DNA of 64,000 bases from Clostridia bacterium (GTDB lineage Bacteria; Bacillota; Clostridia; Oscillospirales; CAG-272). Every line of letters begins with the position of its first letter. Within the stretch, counting starts at the first letter, position 1. A program made the translations under genes and the position numbers. A model generated the notes under the pieces. It had not been told where the DNA came from. It made no database searches and saw only the letters and a program-made list of their open reading frames with translations. Positions 44,723-52,853 of this stretch are shown here, one piece after another. The stretch spans positions 51,521 through 115,520 of the forward strand of contig JAFQDF010000035.1 in the NCBI GenBank assembly GCA_017416185.1, given 5' to 3'.

Positions 44723-44830
44723 ATGTATAATGTAAAATGTAGAATGTAAAATGAAGGAGATTTTTGTTGCTTAAAGCAACAAAAATTCCATCCATAATTA
44801 TACATTGTACATTATACATTTTATATTCTT
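44721..44830. repeat. 7-mer-armed palindromic element, copy F (AATGTAN x4 / TACATTN x4)
   Basis: The left arm AATGTAT AATGTAA AATGTAG AATGTAA AATGAAGGA starts in the rsmD stop codon. Core hairpin GATTTTTGTTGC-ttaaa-GCAACAAAAAT. Then TCCATCCATAATTA TACATTG TACATTA TACATTT TATATTC. Confidence 0.85.
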
Positions 44831-44859
44831 TTCAGTAAATTGAAAGGTAAAATCAAACT

Positions 44860-45321
44860 ATGAAAAAAGCAGTTATCCCCGGAACATACGACCCTATAAC
44901 CAACGGTCATATGAACCTTATCCACCGTGCGGCAGATATGTTTGACGAGGTCATCGTTGCGGTGGTATATAATGCGGCAAAGAACAATATGTTCAGCCTC
45001 GAAGAGCGTAAGGCATTTGCAGAAGAGGCCTGCAGCAAATATCCCAACGTCCGTGTAGAGGCCTTTGAAGGTCTTTTGGTGGACTTTGTAAAAAAAGAAA
45101 ATATAGACGTTGTGGTCAGAGGCGTGCGTAACGCCCGTGACTTTGACTATGAGTACGAGCTTGCACAGATATACTTTATGACAGGCGACGGATTGGAAAC
45201 AGTATTTTTGCCCTCTAACGGCGCCAACGCCCACGTAAGCTCCACTATGGTACGTGAGCTTATCAAGCACAATAAACCCTGTGATGAATTTATTCCATTC
45301 ACGATGGAGGAAAAACAATGA
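44860..45321 (+). CDS. coaD: phosphopantetheine adenylyltransferase
   Basis: AVIPGTYDPITNGHMNLI (T/HxGH), plus the typical C-terminal half. Confidence 0.95.
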   Translation: MKKAVIPGTYDPITNGHMNLIHRAADMFDEVIVAVVYNAAKNNMFSLEERKAFAEEACSKYPNVRVEAFEGLLVDFVKKENIDVVVRGVRNARDFDYEYELAQIYFMTGDGLETVFLPSNGANAHVSSTMVRELIKHNKPCDEFIPFTMEEKQ

Positions 45322-46025
45322 GCTATCCTACACCGCATATTGATGCAAAGCCAACTGATTTTGCCGAAACGGTATTGATGCCCGGCGACCCCAAGCGCTC
45401 TGCCTTTATAGCCAAGGAGTTTCTCACCGATGCCGTGCTTGTAAACGACGTGAGAGGAGTTCAGGGCTACACGGGATTTTACAAGGGTAAGCGTGTTTCC
45501 TGTATGGCGAGCGGAATGGGTATGCCCTCTATGGGTATCTACAGCTACGAGTTATTTAACTTCTTTGACGTTAAAAATATAATCCGCGTAGGCTCAGCAG
45601 GTGCCTTTCAGCCCGAGATGAACTTAGGCGATCTTGTTTTCGCAATGGCAGCATCCACAGATTCTAATTATTTAAAGTCCTTCGGACTACCCGGTGATTG
45701 TGCTCCCACAGCCTCGGAAAAGCTTCTTTTTGATGCCGTGGATAACGCAAAAGCAAAAGGACTTCGTTACTTTGCGGGTAATATCGTTTCAAGCGATATT
45801 TTCTATAACCCCGATCCCACGGTCAACAGCCGTTGGGCAGAGATGGGAGTTTTGGCGGTAGATATGGAAGCGGCGGCTCTCTATGCCAATGCCGCAAAGG
45901 CAGGCAAAAATGCTTTAACTATCCTTACCGTGTCGGATCAGCTTGTCCGCGGTGAGCATATGTCAAGCGAAGAAAGGCAGAATTCCTTTGCGGATATGAT
46001 AACCCTTGCACTTGATATAGCATAA
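45318..46025 (+). CDS. deoD: purine-nucleoside phosphorylase (DeoD type)
   Basis: TPHIDAKPTDFAETVLMPGDPKRSAFIAKEFL, RVGSAGA and VDMEAAALY motifs. ATGA overlap with coaD. Confidence 0.9.
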   Translation: MSYPTPHIDAKPTDFAETVLMPGDPKRSAFIAKEFLTDAVLVNDVRGVQGYTGFYKGKRVSCMASGMGMPSMGIYSYELFNFFDVKNIIRVGSAGAFQPEMNLGDLVFAMAASTDSNYLKSFGLPGDCAPTASEKLLFDAVDNAKAKGLRYFAGNIVSSDIFYNPDPTVNSRWAEMGVLAVDMEAAALYANAAKAGKNALTILTVSDQLVRGEHMSSEERQNSFADMITLALDIA

Positions 46026-46048
46026 GAGTATTTTAAGGAGGTATCTTT

Positions 46049-46747
46049 ATGAAGAAAGTCATTCCTATACTTATTTCTTTATCGTTGATCGTCACTATGA
46101 CTGCGTGTTCGGTTAATGATGTGACCTTTGAATCCGAAAGCATTTCGGTAAACGAAAAGATAACCACCAATCCACCAATTAAAGAGATAAGCGATGATGA
46201 TATTGTGCCCATATATTCCAGTAGTGACGTTATTGCTACCGATATCAATGATATCTGTAAACTTTCGGATGTGATCATCAGAGTACGTTACGGCAAGGAT
46301 ATTGATACTTATGCCAGAGAGGGTTCGGGTACACCTGTTACGATTGCTGAGTTTGAGGTGATCGATGTGATTAAAGGGGAATATAACGGCAGTACCATCA
46401 AGGCTGAATTTTACGGTGGAATTATACCGATGTCTGAGTATTTGCAAGCATTGAGCGAAGCTACCCTCCAAAAAGCAGGCTATGATAACTATACAGAGGA
46501 AGAAATTAAGAAAAAATTTGTAAAGCTTGTAGATACTACACCCTTGTCTGAATTTTCAAGTAGTGATGAATATCTGTTGCTGTTGTCCTACGATCCCGAA
46601 ACCGACGTGTATTTTGTTCTTTGTGGGGGCTACGGTTCACCTGTTGTTAAGGACAATAAAGTATACAACTCCGTTAAGGATGAGTACGTGGATATGGCAC
46701 GTATAGAAGCGGCTGCACAAACCGAGCTTGAGTTTGCAATAAAATAG
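46049..46747 (+). CDS. lipoprotein of unknown function (paralog 1)
   Basis: Lipobox LIVTMTAC|S. The C-terminal 170 aa are clearly similar to the next gene (I did not compute the identity). No family is recognised. Confidence 0.7.
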   Translation: MKKVIPILISLSLIVTMTACSVNDVTFESESISVNEKITTNPPIKEISDDDIVPIYSSSDVIATDINDICKLSDVIIRVRYGKDIDTYAREGSGTPVTIAEFEVIDVIKGEYNGSTIKAEFYGGIIPMSEYLQALSEATLQKAGYDNYTEEEIKKKFVKLVDTTPLSEFSSSDEYLLLLSYDPETDVYFVLCGGYGSPVVKDNKVYNSVKDEYVDMARIEAAAQTELEFAIK

Positions 46748-46875
46748 AATAATTAAAAAGTAGGGATGATTGACCTTGGTCAATCCTAAAAGTATAATGT
46801 ATAATAATTTTGGCACTTTGGAGGTTAGTACGGTTCAAGAAGTTGATCATATCGCTTTTAATCAAAAACATCCGT

Positions 46876-46901
46876 AATATTCAGTTATAATACTGAATAT
46901 T
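46876..46901. promoter_or_regulatory. perfect 10-bp inverted repeat centred on TATAAT (candidate operator over a -10 box)
   Basis: AATATTCAGT-TATAAT-ACTGAATATT, 35 nt upstream of the second lipoprotein start. The -35 region is weak. Confidence 0.35.
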
Positions 46902-46935
46902 GATTATAAAACTTTTTTCAAAGGAGTCGGAAATA

Positions 46936-47685
46936 ATGAAAAAAATATTCCTTATACTTATTTTTTTATTGTTGATCGTAGCTATGACTGCGTGTTCGCT
47001 AAACGAAACGGTCACTGATTCCCGGAACAATGCAGAGGTCGACGATATTACTGCAGAGGGAATCGAGGATACCGATACCGCAGAAGCATCTGTTGCCGAT
47101 GATATTCCCGAAGATATCAGAGAAGAGGATATTATAACGGTAGGCGGAACAAGTGCTATGTATATTTCTACCGATGTTAAAAGGATATATATATATTCGG
47201 ATTTAGCTGTGAGAGCACGCTATGTTAAAGATATAGATACTTATGCTAAAGAGGGTTCGGGTATGCCCATAACCGTTGCCGGATTTGAGGTCGTTGAGGT
47301 GCTTAAGGGTGAATATAACGACGATGTTATTGATGCTAAGTATTGTGGCGGTATCGTACCAATGTCCGAATATCTGCAGGCTTTAAGCGAATCCACGCTG
47401 AAAAAAACAGGCTATGACGGTTATACTGAAAAGGAAATAGAAAGTAAATTCGTAAAATTTATAGAAAGCGATCCGGCAGTTGAGCTTACTGTGGGTGAGG
47501 AATATCTGTTGCTGTTGGAATATATCCCTGAAAGCGGAGTGTATAATATTCTTTGTGACGGTTACGGCGCACGCGTTATCGAGGATAACAAGGTGTATAA
47601 TATTATAAAGGACGAGTACGTAGCTATGTCTGAGATAAAAGCGATCAACGAAACCGAGCTTAAGTCTGCACTCGATACCGAATAG
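46936..47685 (+). CDS. lipoprotein of unknown function (paralog 2)
   Basis: Lipobox LIVAMTAC|S, an acidic linker, then a conserved domain shared with 46049..46747 (DIDTYAKEGSGMPITVAGFEVVEVLKGEYN...GGIVPMSEYLQALSE). AAGGAG SD lies upstream. Confidence 0.7.
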   Translation: MKKIFLILIFLLLIVAMTACSLNETVTDSRNNAEVDDITAEGIEDTDTAEASVADDIPEDIREEDIITVGGTSAMYISTDVKRIYIYSDLAVRARYVKDIDTYAKEGSGMPITVAGFEVVEVLKGEYNDDVIDAKYCGGIVPMSEYLQALSESTLKKTGYDGYTEKEIESKFVKFIESDPAVELTVGEEYLLLLEYIPESGVYNILCDGYGARVIEDNKVYNIIKDEYVAMSEIKAINETELKSALDTE

Positions 47686-47696
47686 AATTAAATAAC

Positions 47697-47735
47697 GAGA
47701 GGATGATTGACCTCGGTCAATCATCCTCTTTTATT
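47697..47735. terminator. terminator shared by convergent lipoprotein and cysteine desulfurase genes
   Basis: A 14-bp stem AGAGGATGATTGAC-ctcg-GTCAATCATCCTCT followed by TTTTATT. A decayed copy of the same hairpin (GATTGAC..GTCAATC) follows paralog 1 at 46768-46785. The last codons of the minus-strand CDS lie inside the stem. Confidence 0.8.
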
Positions 47736-48859
47736 ATCTTATTCAGTACGTCACAGAAGATGTCGACCTCTTCGGCGGTATTGAATGCACCAAAGGACAC
47801 CCGAACTGCTCCGCTTTCTCCTGTTCCCAGCCTTTTATGAGCCAGGGGTGCACAGTGAAAGCCTGCTCTTACGCAGATTCCCTCACGGTCAAGCTTATCT
47901 GCCGCCGCAGTTGAGGACATACCTTCGACGTTGAACAGTAGTGTCTCACCGTATCCCATATCAGGGCAGTATACCTTTATACGGTCGTGATTGCATAGCC
48001 TTTCCCTCATACGTCTGTATAGGGTTATCTCGTGTTCGCGTATACGGTTTATGCCTGTCTCGGTTATGGTGCGTATGCCCTGACAGAGACCTGCAATGGC
48101 GGGGGTGGGCAGAGTTCCCGGCTCCAATCTTTCGGGCAGGACGGAGGGCATAGCTTCCTCAAGGGATGCCGTTCCGCTTCCGCCCTCTGCAAGGGTATGG
48201 AGCTTTCTTGCCGCCTCTCCCTTGTATCTGTCCGAGAATATTACGCCGCCGCATCCCTGTATTCCGTATAGTCCCTTATGACCGGGAAAGCATAGGGCGT
48301 CTATTCCGCAGAGCTTCATATCTATGGGGTATACCCCTGCCGATTGTGCCGCATCCACTATAAAGCATATTCCCCTCTGTCTGCACAGTTCACCTATTGC
48401 CCGCAACGGCAGTCGTACGGGACAGACGTTTGACTTGTGGGTGCAAACTATCATACGGGTACGGGGAGTGAGCTTTGAGGTGATGTCACAAAGGATCGCT
48501 TCACTGCTTTTCACAGCGTCAAATACGTCGTAGTCACACCCCGTTGCTATAACAGGCCTGAGTACCGAGTTATGCTCCATATTGGAGATGATGATATGAT
48601 CTCCCGTTCTGGCTATGCCCTTTATAGCCGTATTGAGAGCGTAGGTGGTATTGAGGGTGAACACTACGTTTTCGGGTTCTGCCGAAAACAGCTCCGACAA
48701 AAGACATCGGCACTCGTATACCGTATTCTGTGCGGCAAGGGAAAGGGCGTGACCGCTTCTTCCCGGATTTCCGCAGTATTCGCTCATACATCGGGCTACC
48801 TCGCGGTAAACGCTTTCAGGCTTCGGGAAGGTGGTGGCTGCATTGTCAAGGTATATCAT
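47717..48859 (-). CDS. cysteine desulfurase family protein (class V aminotransferase fold)
   Basis: MIYLDNAATTFPKP..., the PLP-Lys context FPGHKGLYG and SFGAFNT. Confidence 0.85.
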   Translation of the reverse strand: MIYLDNAATTFPKPESVYREVARCMSEYCGNPGRSGHALSLAAQNTVYECRCLLSELFSAEPENVVFTLNTTYALNTAIKGIARTGDHIIISNMEHNSVLRPVIATGCDYDVFDAVKSSEAILCDITSKLTPRTRMIVCTHKSNVCPVRLPLRAIGELCRQRGICFIVDAAQSAGVYPIDMKLCGIDALCFPGHKGLYGIQGCGGVIFSDRYKGEAARKLHTLAEGGSGTASLEEAMPSVLPERLEPGTLPTPAIAGLCQGIRTITETGINRIREHEITLYRRMRERLCNHDRIKVYCPDMGYGETLLFNVEGMSSTAAADKLDREGICVRAGFHCAPLAHKRLGTGESGAVRVSFGAFNTAEEVDIFCDVLNKIIKEDD

Positions 48860-48862
48860 AGC

Positions 48863-49080
48863 TTATGATATAGGTATACTGTTATTCGTCAGTATACCCT
48901 TTGCCCTTACGCTCAAACGGCAATCCACCTCTATGCCGTTTGAGCAGCCCTTTTTTGTGGCTGACGGGTCGGTTTTTACTACCCTTGAAGCAATACCCTT
49001 TGCAGACAGCAGCTTTTGTGCGCTCATTGCATAGGTCGCAGAGGGAAGAGAAATTATACATCTGTTATTTGAATTTGCCA
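48863..49080 (-). CDS. DUF3343-like putative sulfur/selenium carrier protein
   Basis: 72 aa starting at the ATG at 49080, with a GGGAGG SD. The sequence MANSNNRCIISLPSATYAMSAQKLLSAKGIASRVVKTDPSATKKGCSNGIEV is typical of small proteins encoded next to this desulfurase family. The ORF-track 107-aa version is an upstream extension into a repeat. Confidence 0.65.
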
Positions 49081-49100
49081 TAGATTTAAACCTCCCTGTT

Positions 49101-49217
49101 TGCATTATATGCAAATATGCGGGATGTGGGATCAAATAAAGAAAACTGTTGCTTAAAAGCAACAGTTTTCCACCGTAATTATACATTATTCATTTTACAT
49201 TATACATTTTTTTCGCA
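49101..49217. repeat. 7-mer-armed palindromic element, copy G (opposite polarity)
   Basis: ..ATATGCGGGATGTGGGAT.., hairpin GAAAACTGTTGC-ttaaaa-GCAACAGTTTTC, then CCACCGTAATTA TACATTA TTCATTT TACATTA TACATTT. In minus sense the hairpin is followed by TTTATTTG, which is terminator-like. Confidence 0.75.
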
Positions 49218-49221
49218 GGGG

Positions 49222-49434
49222 TTACAGCACAAGGTTTTCGGGATCAAGCCCGGGAAGTGAGCTAACGGGCTTGGGATCACGCTTGAGAGGGTCATATATG
49301 AATTTTTTACATACGTGTCCGCTTGATACCACTCCCTTAAGAGAACAGAGAACTATATCTTCGTTGTTAAGCGTCTCGGCAAGCTCACAGCAGCTGCAGA
49401 CACGGTTTATTTCGTGTTTTGTCTTTTTAGTCAT
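49222..49434 (-). CDS. hypothetical small Cys-rich protein (70 aa)
   Basis: MTKKTKHEINRVCSCCELAETLNNEDIVLCSLKGVVSSGHVCKKFIYDPLKRDPKPVSSLPGLDPENLVL. The ATG lies 29 nt downstream of the ylbJ stop. The longer 181-aa ORF-track version overlaps ylbJ. Confidence 0.5.
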   Translation of the reverse strand: MTKKTKHEINRVCSCCELAETLNNEDIVLCSLKGVVSSGHVCKKFIYDPLKRDPKPVSSLPGLDPENLVL

Positions 49435-49463
49435 ATTTTCACATCCTTTAAGGACAGTATACA

Positions 49464-50291
49464 CTAAAAAAAGATATTTTTCAAGTACAAAATCAAAAAA
49501 ACACCTGTAGCCTGAATTGCTTTTGCAATATAATATCTTTTCATGGAAAAACGCCCTGCAACGGCTGCTGCGGTTTGCATATGTACACACATGCCCGACC
49601 AGAAAAGGGTAAAGCCGAGAAGAGGGATACAGATAGCTTTTCGGCATATAAACCTTACTCCGTTTGTAATTTCGATTATTGAATAAATGAATGCTTTTAT
49701 TTCCGTGCTCACGGGAATAAGCGATACCCATGAGCATACAAGCGCAAAAATTACCACAAAGCTGCATATATTAAGCATCGGGATGACCGAGGAGGTAACC
49801 GCCTTGGGTATGATATCAAAGCCAATGTGATCGTTTTTTCTGATCTCATCAGCCTCGGTAAGCTTTTTCGGCCTTGACAGTATTCCGTACAGAAGCGTTA
49901 TTCCTAACTGCATAAAAAAGAGGCTGCGTCCGAGCTTCACATCTCCCGAAAGACTCCCTACAGCACCTATCATAAAGGCGGGTCCTGTATTATTGCAGAA
50001 GGCAAGGGCACGTTCGGCCTCGTCCTTTGTGCAGCCGCCCTTATCGTATATTTCGGCTATTGCATATGCTCCCTGAGGATAACCTGATATCATTCCCAGA
50101 ATATATGCTGAGGCAAGGTTTGCGTTCAGGTGAAATATCGCCTCAAAGGGCTTTTTTATAACACTTTTTATCATTGAATCAAGCCCGCAGGCAAGAAGCA
50201 GCTTTGTCAGCACCATAAATGGGAATATAGAGGGGATAAGTGTCTCGGCACATAGCCGCAGTGCATCGGTGATTATGTAATTTATAGCCAT
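49464..50291 (-). CDS. ylbJ: sporulation integral membrane protein YlbJ-like (nucleoside-recognition-domain family), short N-terminus
   Basis: Polytopic. ...ETLIPSIFPFMVLTKLL... matches the YlbJ N-terminal region. ATG at 50291 has GGAGAG upstream. The longer ORF would overlap yqfC on the other strand. Confidence 0.7.
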   Translation of the reverse strand: MAINYIITDALRLCAETLIPSIFPFMVLTKLLLACGLDSMIKSVIKKPFEAIFHLNANLASAYILGMISGYPQGAYAIAEIYDKGGCTKDEAERALAFCNNTGPAFMIGAVGSLSGDVKLGRSLFFMQLGITLLYGILSRPKKLTEADEIRKNDHIGFDIIPKAVTSSVIPMLNICSFVVIFALVCSWVSLIPVSTEIKAFIYSIIEITNGVRFICRKAICIPLLGFTLFWSGMCVHMQTAAAVAGRFSMKRYYIAKAIQATGVFLILYLKNIFF

Positions 50292-50345
50292 CTCTCCGCA
50301 TAAGATATTTTGATAAATTATACTTTTTTGCGGGAGAAAATATAC

Positions 50346-50630
50346 ATGAAACGGAAAAGAAGAGCTCTCGGTGAGCTTATAGCAGATTCGGTGGGATTTC
50401 CCGATACCCTGTCGGTGTCTGCTCCCGATATACATATTATGGGAACAAGAGAGATCTCAATCGACGGCTGCAGAGGGATTCTGGTTTACGAAAGGGAAGA
50501 GATACAGCTGAGATTAAAGGATCGGGTAATGACTATATTCGGTCATGATCTGAGGTTGAAGACCTATTACACAGGACACGTTTCAGTCAAGGGACGTATA
50601 TTCTCTATCAGCTTTGAGGAGGGATTATAA
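50346..50630 (+). CDS. yqfC: sporulation protein YqfC
   Basis: MKRKRRALGELIADSVGFPDTLSVSAPDIHIMGTREISIDGCRGILVYE... matches the YqfC/YabP-like family, and it is followed by yqfD. Confidence 0.85.
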   Translation: MKRKRRALGELIADSVGFPDTLSVSAPDIHIMGTREISIDGCRGILVYEREEIQLRLKDRVMTIFGHDLRLKTYYTGHVSVKGRIFSISFEEGL

Positions 50631-51808
50631 TGGCTTTTTCGGGGGTAAAATGGTTATGGGGCTTCCGTAAGCTCAGGTGCGAAAGACTGCATTCGGTAAG
50701 GCTTCTCAACCTTATGACCCGTGAGGGGATAGATTATTTCGGACTCGTACGGTGCGACGGGGGTGAAATAAACTTTTTCCTGCTTGAAAAAGAATACAAA
50801 ATACTTATGTCAATTCTTGACAAAACCGACATAAAGGTTTATAGTGTATACTGTAAAGGTGTACCCTTTGTTATAAAGGCACGCCGCAACAGATGGGGTC
50901 TCGTTTTAGGACTTGTGATATATCTGGGTATCATTTTCCTGTCCTCGCTTTTTATATGGGATATAAGGGTGGTATCAAATACAGATACTCCCCACAACGT
51001 GATCATCAAAAATCTTGAGACCTTGGGGTGCTTTGAGGGTGCTTTTTTGCCTGAGATCGATTTTGAAAATCTCTGTATAGATTATGTTGGCAAATACCGT
51101 GAATTTTCCTGGATATCGGTCAATGTCAAGGGTACTGTTGCCTACGTTGAAATACAGGAAAAGAAGCTTCATTCGGAGCAGACACAAGAGCCCCGGAATC
51201 TTATAGCCTCCCACGGCGGAATAATAGAGGATTTCAGCGTTTACGAGGGACGAAGCCACGTGGCTGCGGGAAACGTGGTAAAGCCGGGAGACCTTCTTGT
51301 AAGCGGTGTTGTGGAAAACAAGGAGGGAGCATACAGGCTGTGCAGAGCAAGGGGCGAGGTAATGGCGACCGTGGATACTACACTTACCGTAGAGGTGCCT
51401 TTTTGTTATCAAAAGCAGGTATATACAGGCAGACGCTTTGAGGAAAAACGTATAAGATTCTTCAATCTTACCTTTCCGTATTTTTCTGATAACGTACCGA
51501 AGGATATAACGTGTACAAGTCTCAGAGAGACAGAATCGGCAGTGCTTTTTGAGGTGATCGAGCTTCCCCTGTCTATAGAGAAGCAGGTGTACCGTGAGTA
51601 TACCGCAAAGGACTTTGTATACTCCGAGGAGGAGGCTGAATCTGCCGCCGAGGCTTTGATGAAGCGAAAGCTTTCGGATGAGCTTCCCGATGCCGAGCTG
51701 ATATCGGTTGAGACCGAGGAAAAGAAAACGGAGACCTCGTATATATTAACTCTTAACATAAAATGCAGGATGGATATTACCACACCTGCTGATATAGAAA
51801 CACAGTAA
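50630..51808 (+). CDS. yqfD: stage IV sporulation protein YqfD
   Basis: 392 aa with a single central TM helix. Synteny is yqfC-yqfD-phoH. The start overlaps the yqfC stop by 1 nt. Confidence 0.8.
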   Translation: MAFSGVKWLWGFRKLRCERLHSVRLLNLMTREGIDYFGLVRCDGGEINFFLLEKEYKILMSILDKTDIKVYSVYCKGVPFVIKARRNRWGLVLGLVIYLGIIFLSSLFIWDIRVVSNTDTPHNVIIKNLETLGCFEGAFLPEIDFENLCIDYVGKYREFSWISVNVKGTVAYVEIQEKKLHSEQTQEPRNLIASHGGIIEDFSVYEGRSHVAAGNVVKPGDLLVSGVVENKEGAYRLCRARGEVMATVDTTLTVEVPFCYQKQVYTGRRFEEKRIRFFNLTFPYFSDNVPKDITCTSLRETESAVLFEVIELPLSIEKQVYREYTAKDFVYSEEEAESAAEALMKRKLSDELPDAELISVETEEKKTETSYILTLNIKCRMDITTPADIETQ

Positions 51809-51827
51809 TTTGAAAGGATCTACCTTA

Positions 51828-52853
51828 ATGGCAGAAAGAATTATTTTAACAGATACCATAGAGCAGACCGCAATAATCTTCGGCAGCTTTGATGCCAATA
51901 CCGCCCTTGTGGAAAAGGCATTCGGTGTTACGATAAACAACCGTGATACCGAAAAGACGGCGGGTGATGCCATCGTTATCACCGGTGACGAGGAGGCGGT
52001 AAATCTTGCAGCTGACGTTGTGACCTGTATGAAGCGTATGGCTACCTTCAATTCTGAGCTTAGCCATCAGAGTATACAGTATCTCATAGATATGGTCAAG
52101 GAGGGCAAGCAGGAGGAGTTAGCTGGCTTTGTGGATGACGATTGCATCTGTATAACCACCCGCGGTAAGCCTATCAAGGCAAAGACGGTAGGACAGCGTA
52201 AATACGTTGAGGATATAGAGAAGAACACTATTGTTATGGGTGTAGGTCCTGCGGGTACGGGTAAGACCTTTTTGGCTGTTGCAATGGCTGTCAAGGCCCT
52301 TCGGGCAAAGCAGGTAAACCGTATCATCCTGACCAGACCTGCCGTGGAGGCGGGTGAAAGGCTGGGTTATCTTCCCGGTGATCTTCAGAGCAAGATAGAC
52401 CCTTATCTTCGTCCTCTGTACGATGCGCTTTTTGAAATGTTAGGTCCCGAAAACTACCAGAGATATCTTGAACGCGGAACTATAGAAATAGCACCTCTTG
52501 CATATATGCGAGGACGTACACTTGACGATTCGTTCATCATACTTGACGAGGCGCAGAACACCACTCCCGAGCAGATGAAGATGTTTTTGACACGTCTCGG
52601 CTTTAATTCAAAAGCTGTGGTAACCGGTGACGTTACCCAGACCGACCTGCCCTTCGGAAAGAAGAGCGGACTTGTGGAGGCGACAAAAATACTTTCCGAC
52701 ATCGAGGGTATTGCCATCCACCGCTTTACCGACCGCGACGTTGTACGTCACCACCTTGTACAGAAGATAATCAAGGCTTACGAAAAATACGACAAGGAAA
52801 GAAAGGACAAGGGAAATGAGGAAAAACGGCCACGACATTTTTATAAAAAATGA
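51828..52853 (+). CDS. phoH: PhoH-family ATPase
   Basis: Walker A GPAGTGKTFLAVAMAV and ILDEAQNTTPEQMKMFLTRLG. ATG at 51828 has a GAAAGGA SD. Confidence 0.9.
   Translation: MAERIILTDTIEQTAIIFGSFDANTALVEKAFGVTINNRDTEKTAGDAIVITGDEEAVNLAADVVTCMKRMATFNSELSHQSIQYLIDMVKEGKQEELAGFVDDDCICITTRGKPIKAKTVGQRKYVEDIEKNTIVMGVGPAGTGKTFLAVAMAVKALRAKQVNRIILTRPAVEAGERLGYLPGDLQSKIDPYLRPLYDALFEMLGPENYQRYLERGTIEIAPLAYMRGRTLDDSFIILDEAQNTTPEQMKMFLTRLGFNSKAVVTGDVTQTDLPFGKKSGLVEATKILSDIEGIAIHRFTDRDVVRHHLVQKIIKAYEKYDKERKDKGNEEKRPRHFYKK

Noticed and set aside
44754-44800. Mini-ORFs starting at the AAGGAG-N-TTG of the core hairpins. Examples are the one here and those at 60777 and 7025, several of which end in CCA TAA.
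   Set aside because: The reading frame and length are not conserved between copies (9-24 codons). The shared ..CCATAA is explained by the conserved CCATAATT nucleotide motif.
49435-49767. The upstream two thirds of the 181-aa ORF 49222..49767.
   Set aside because: It overlaps the 3' part of the ylbJ coding frame on the same strand. Only the last 70 codons, after the ylbJ stop, are plausibly independent.
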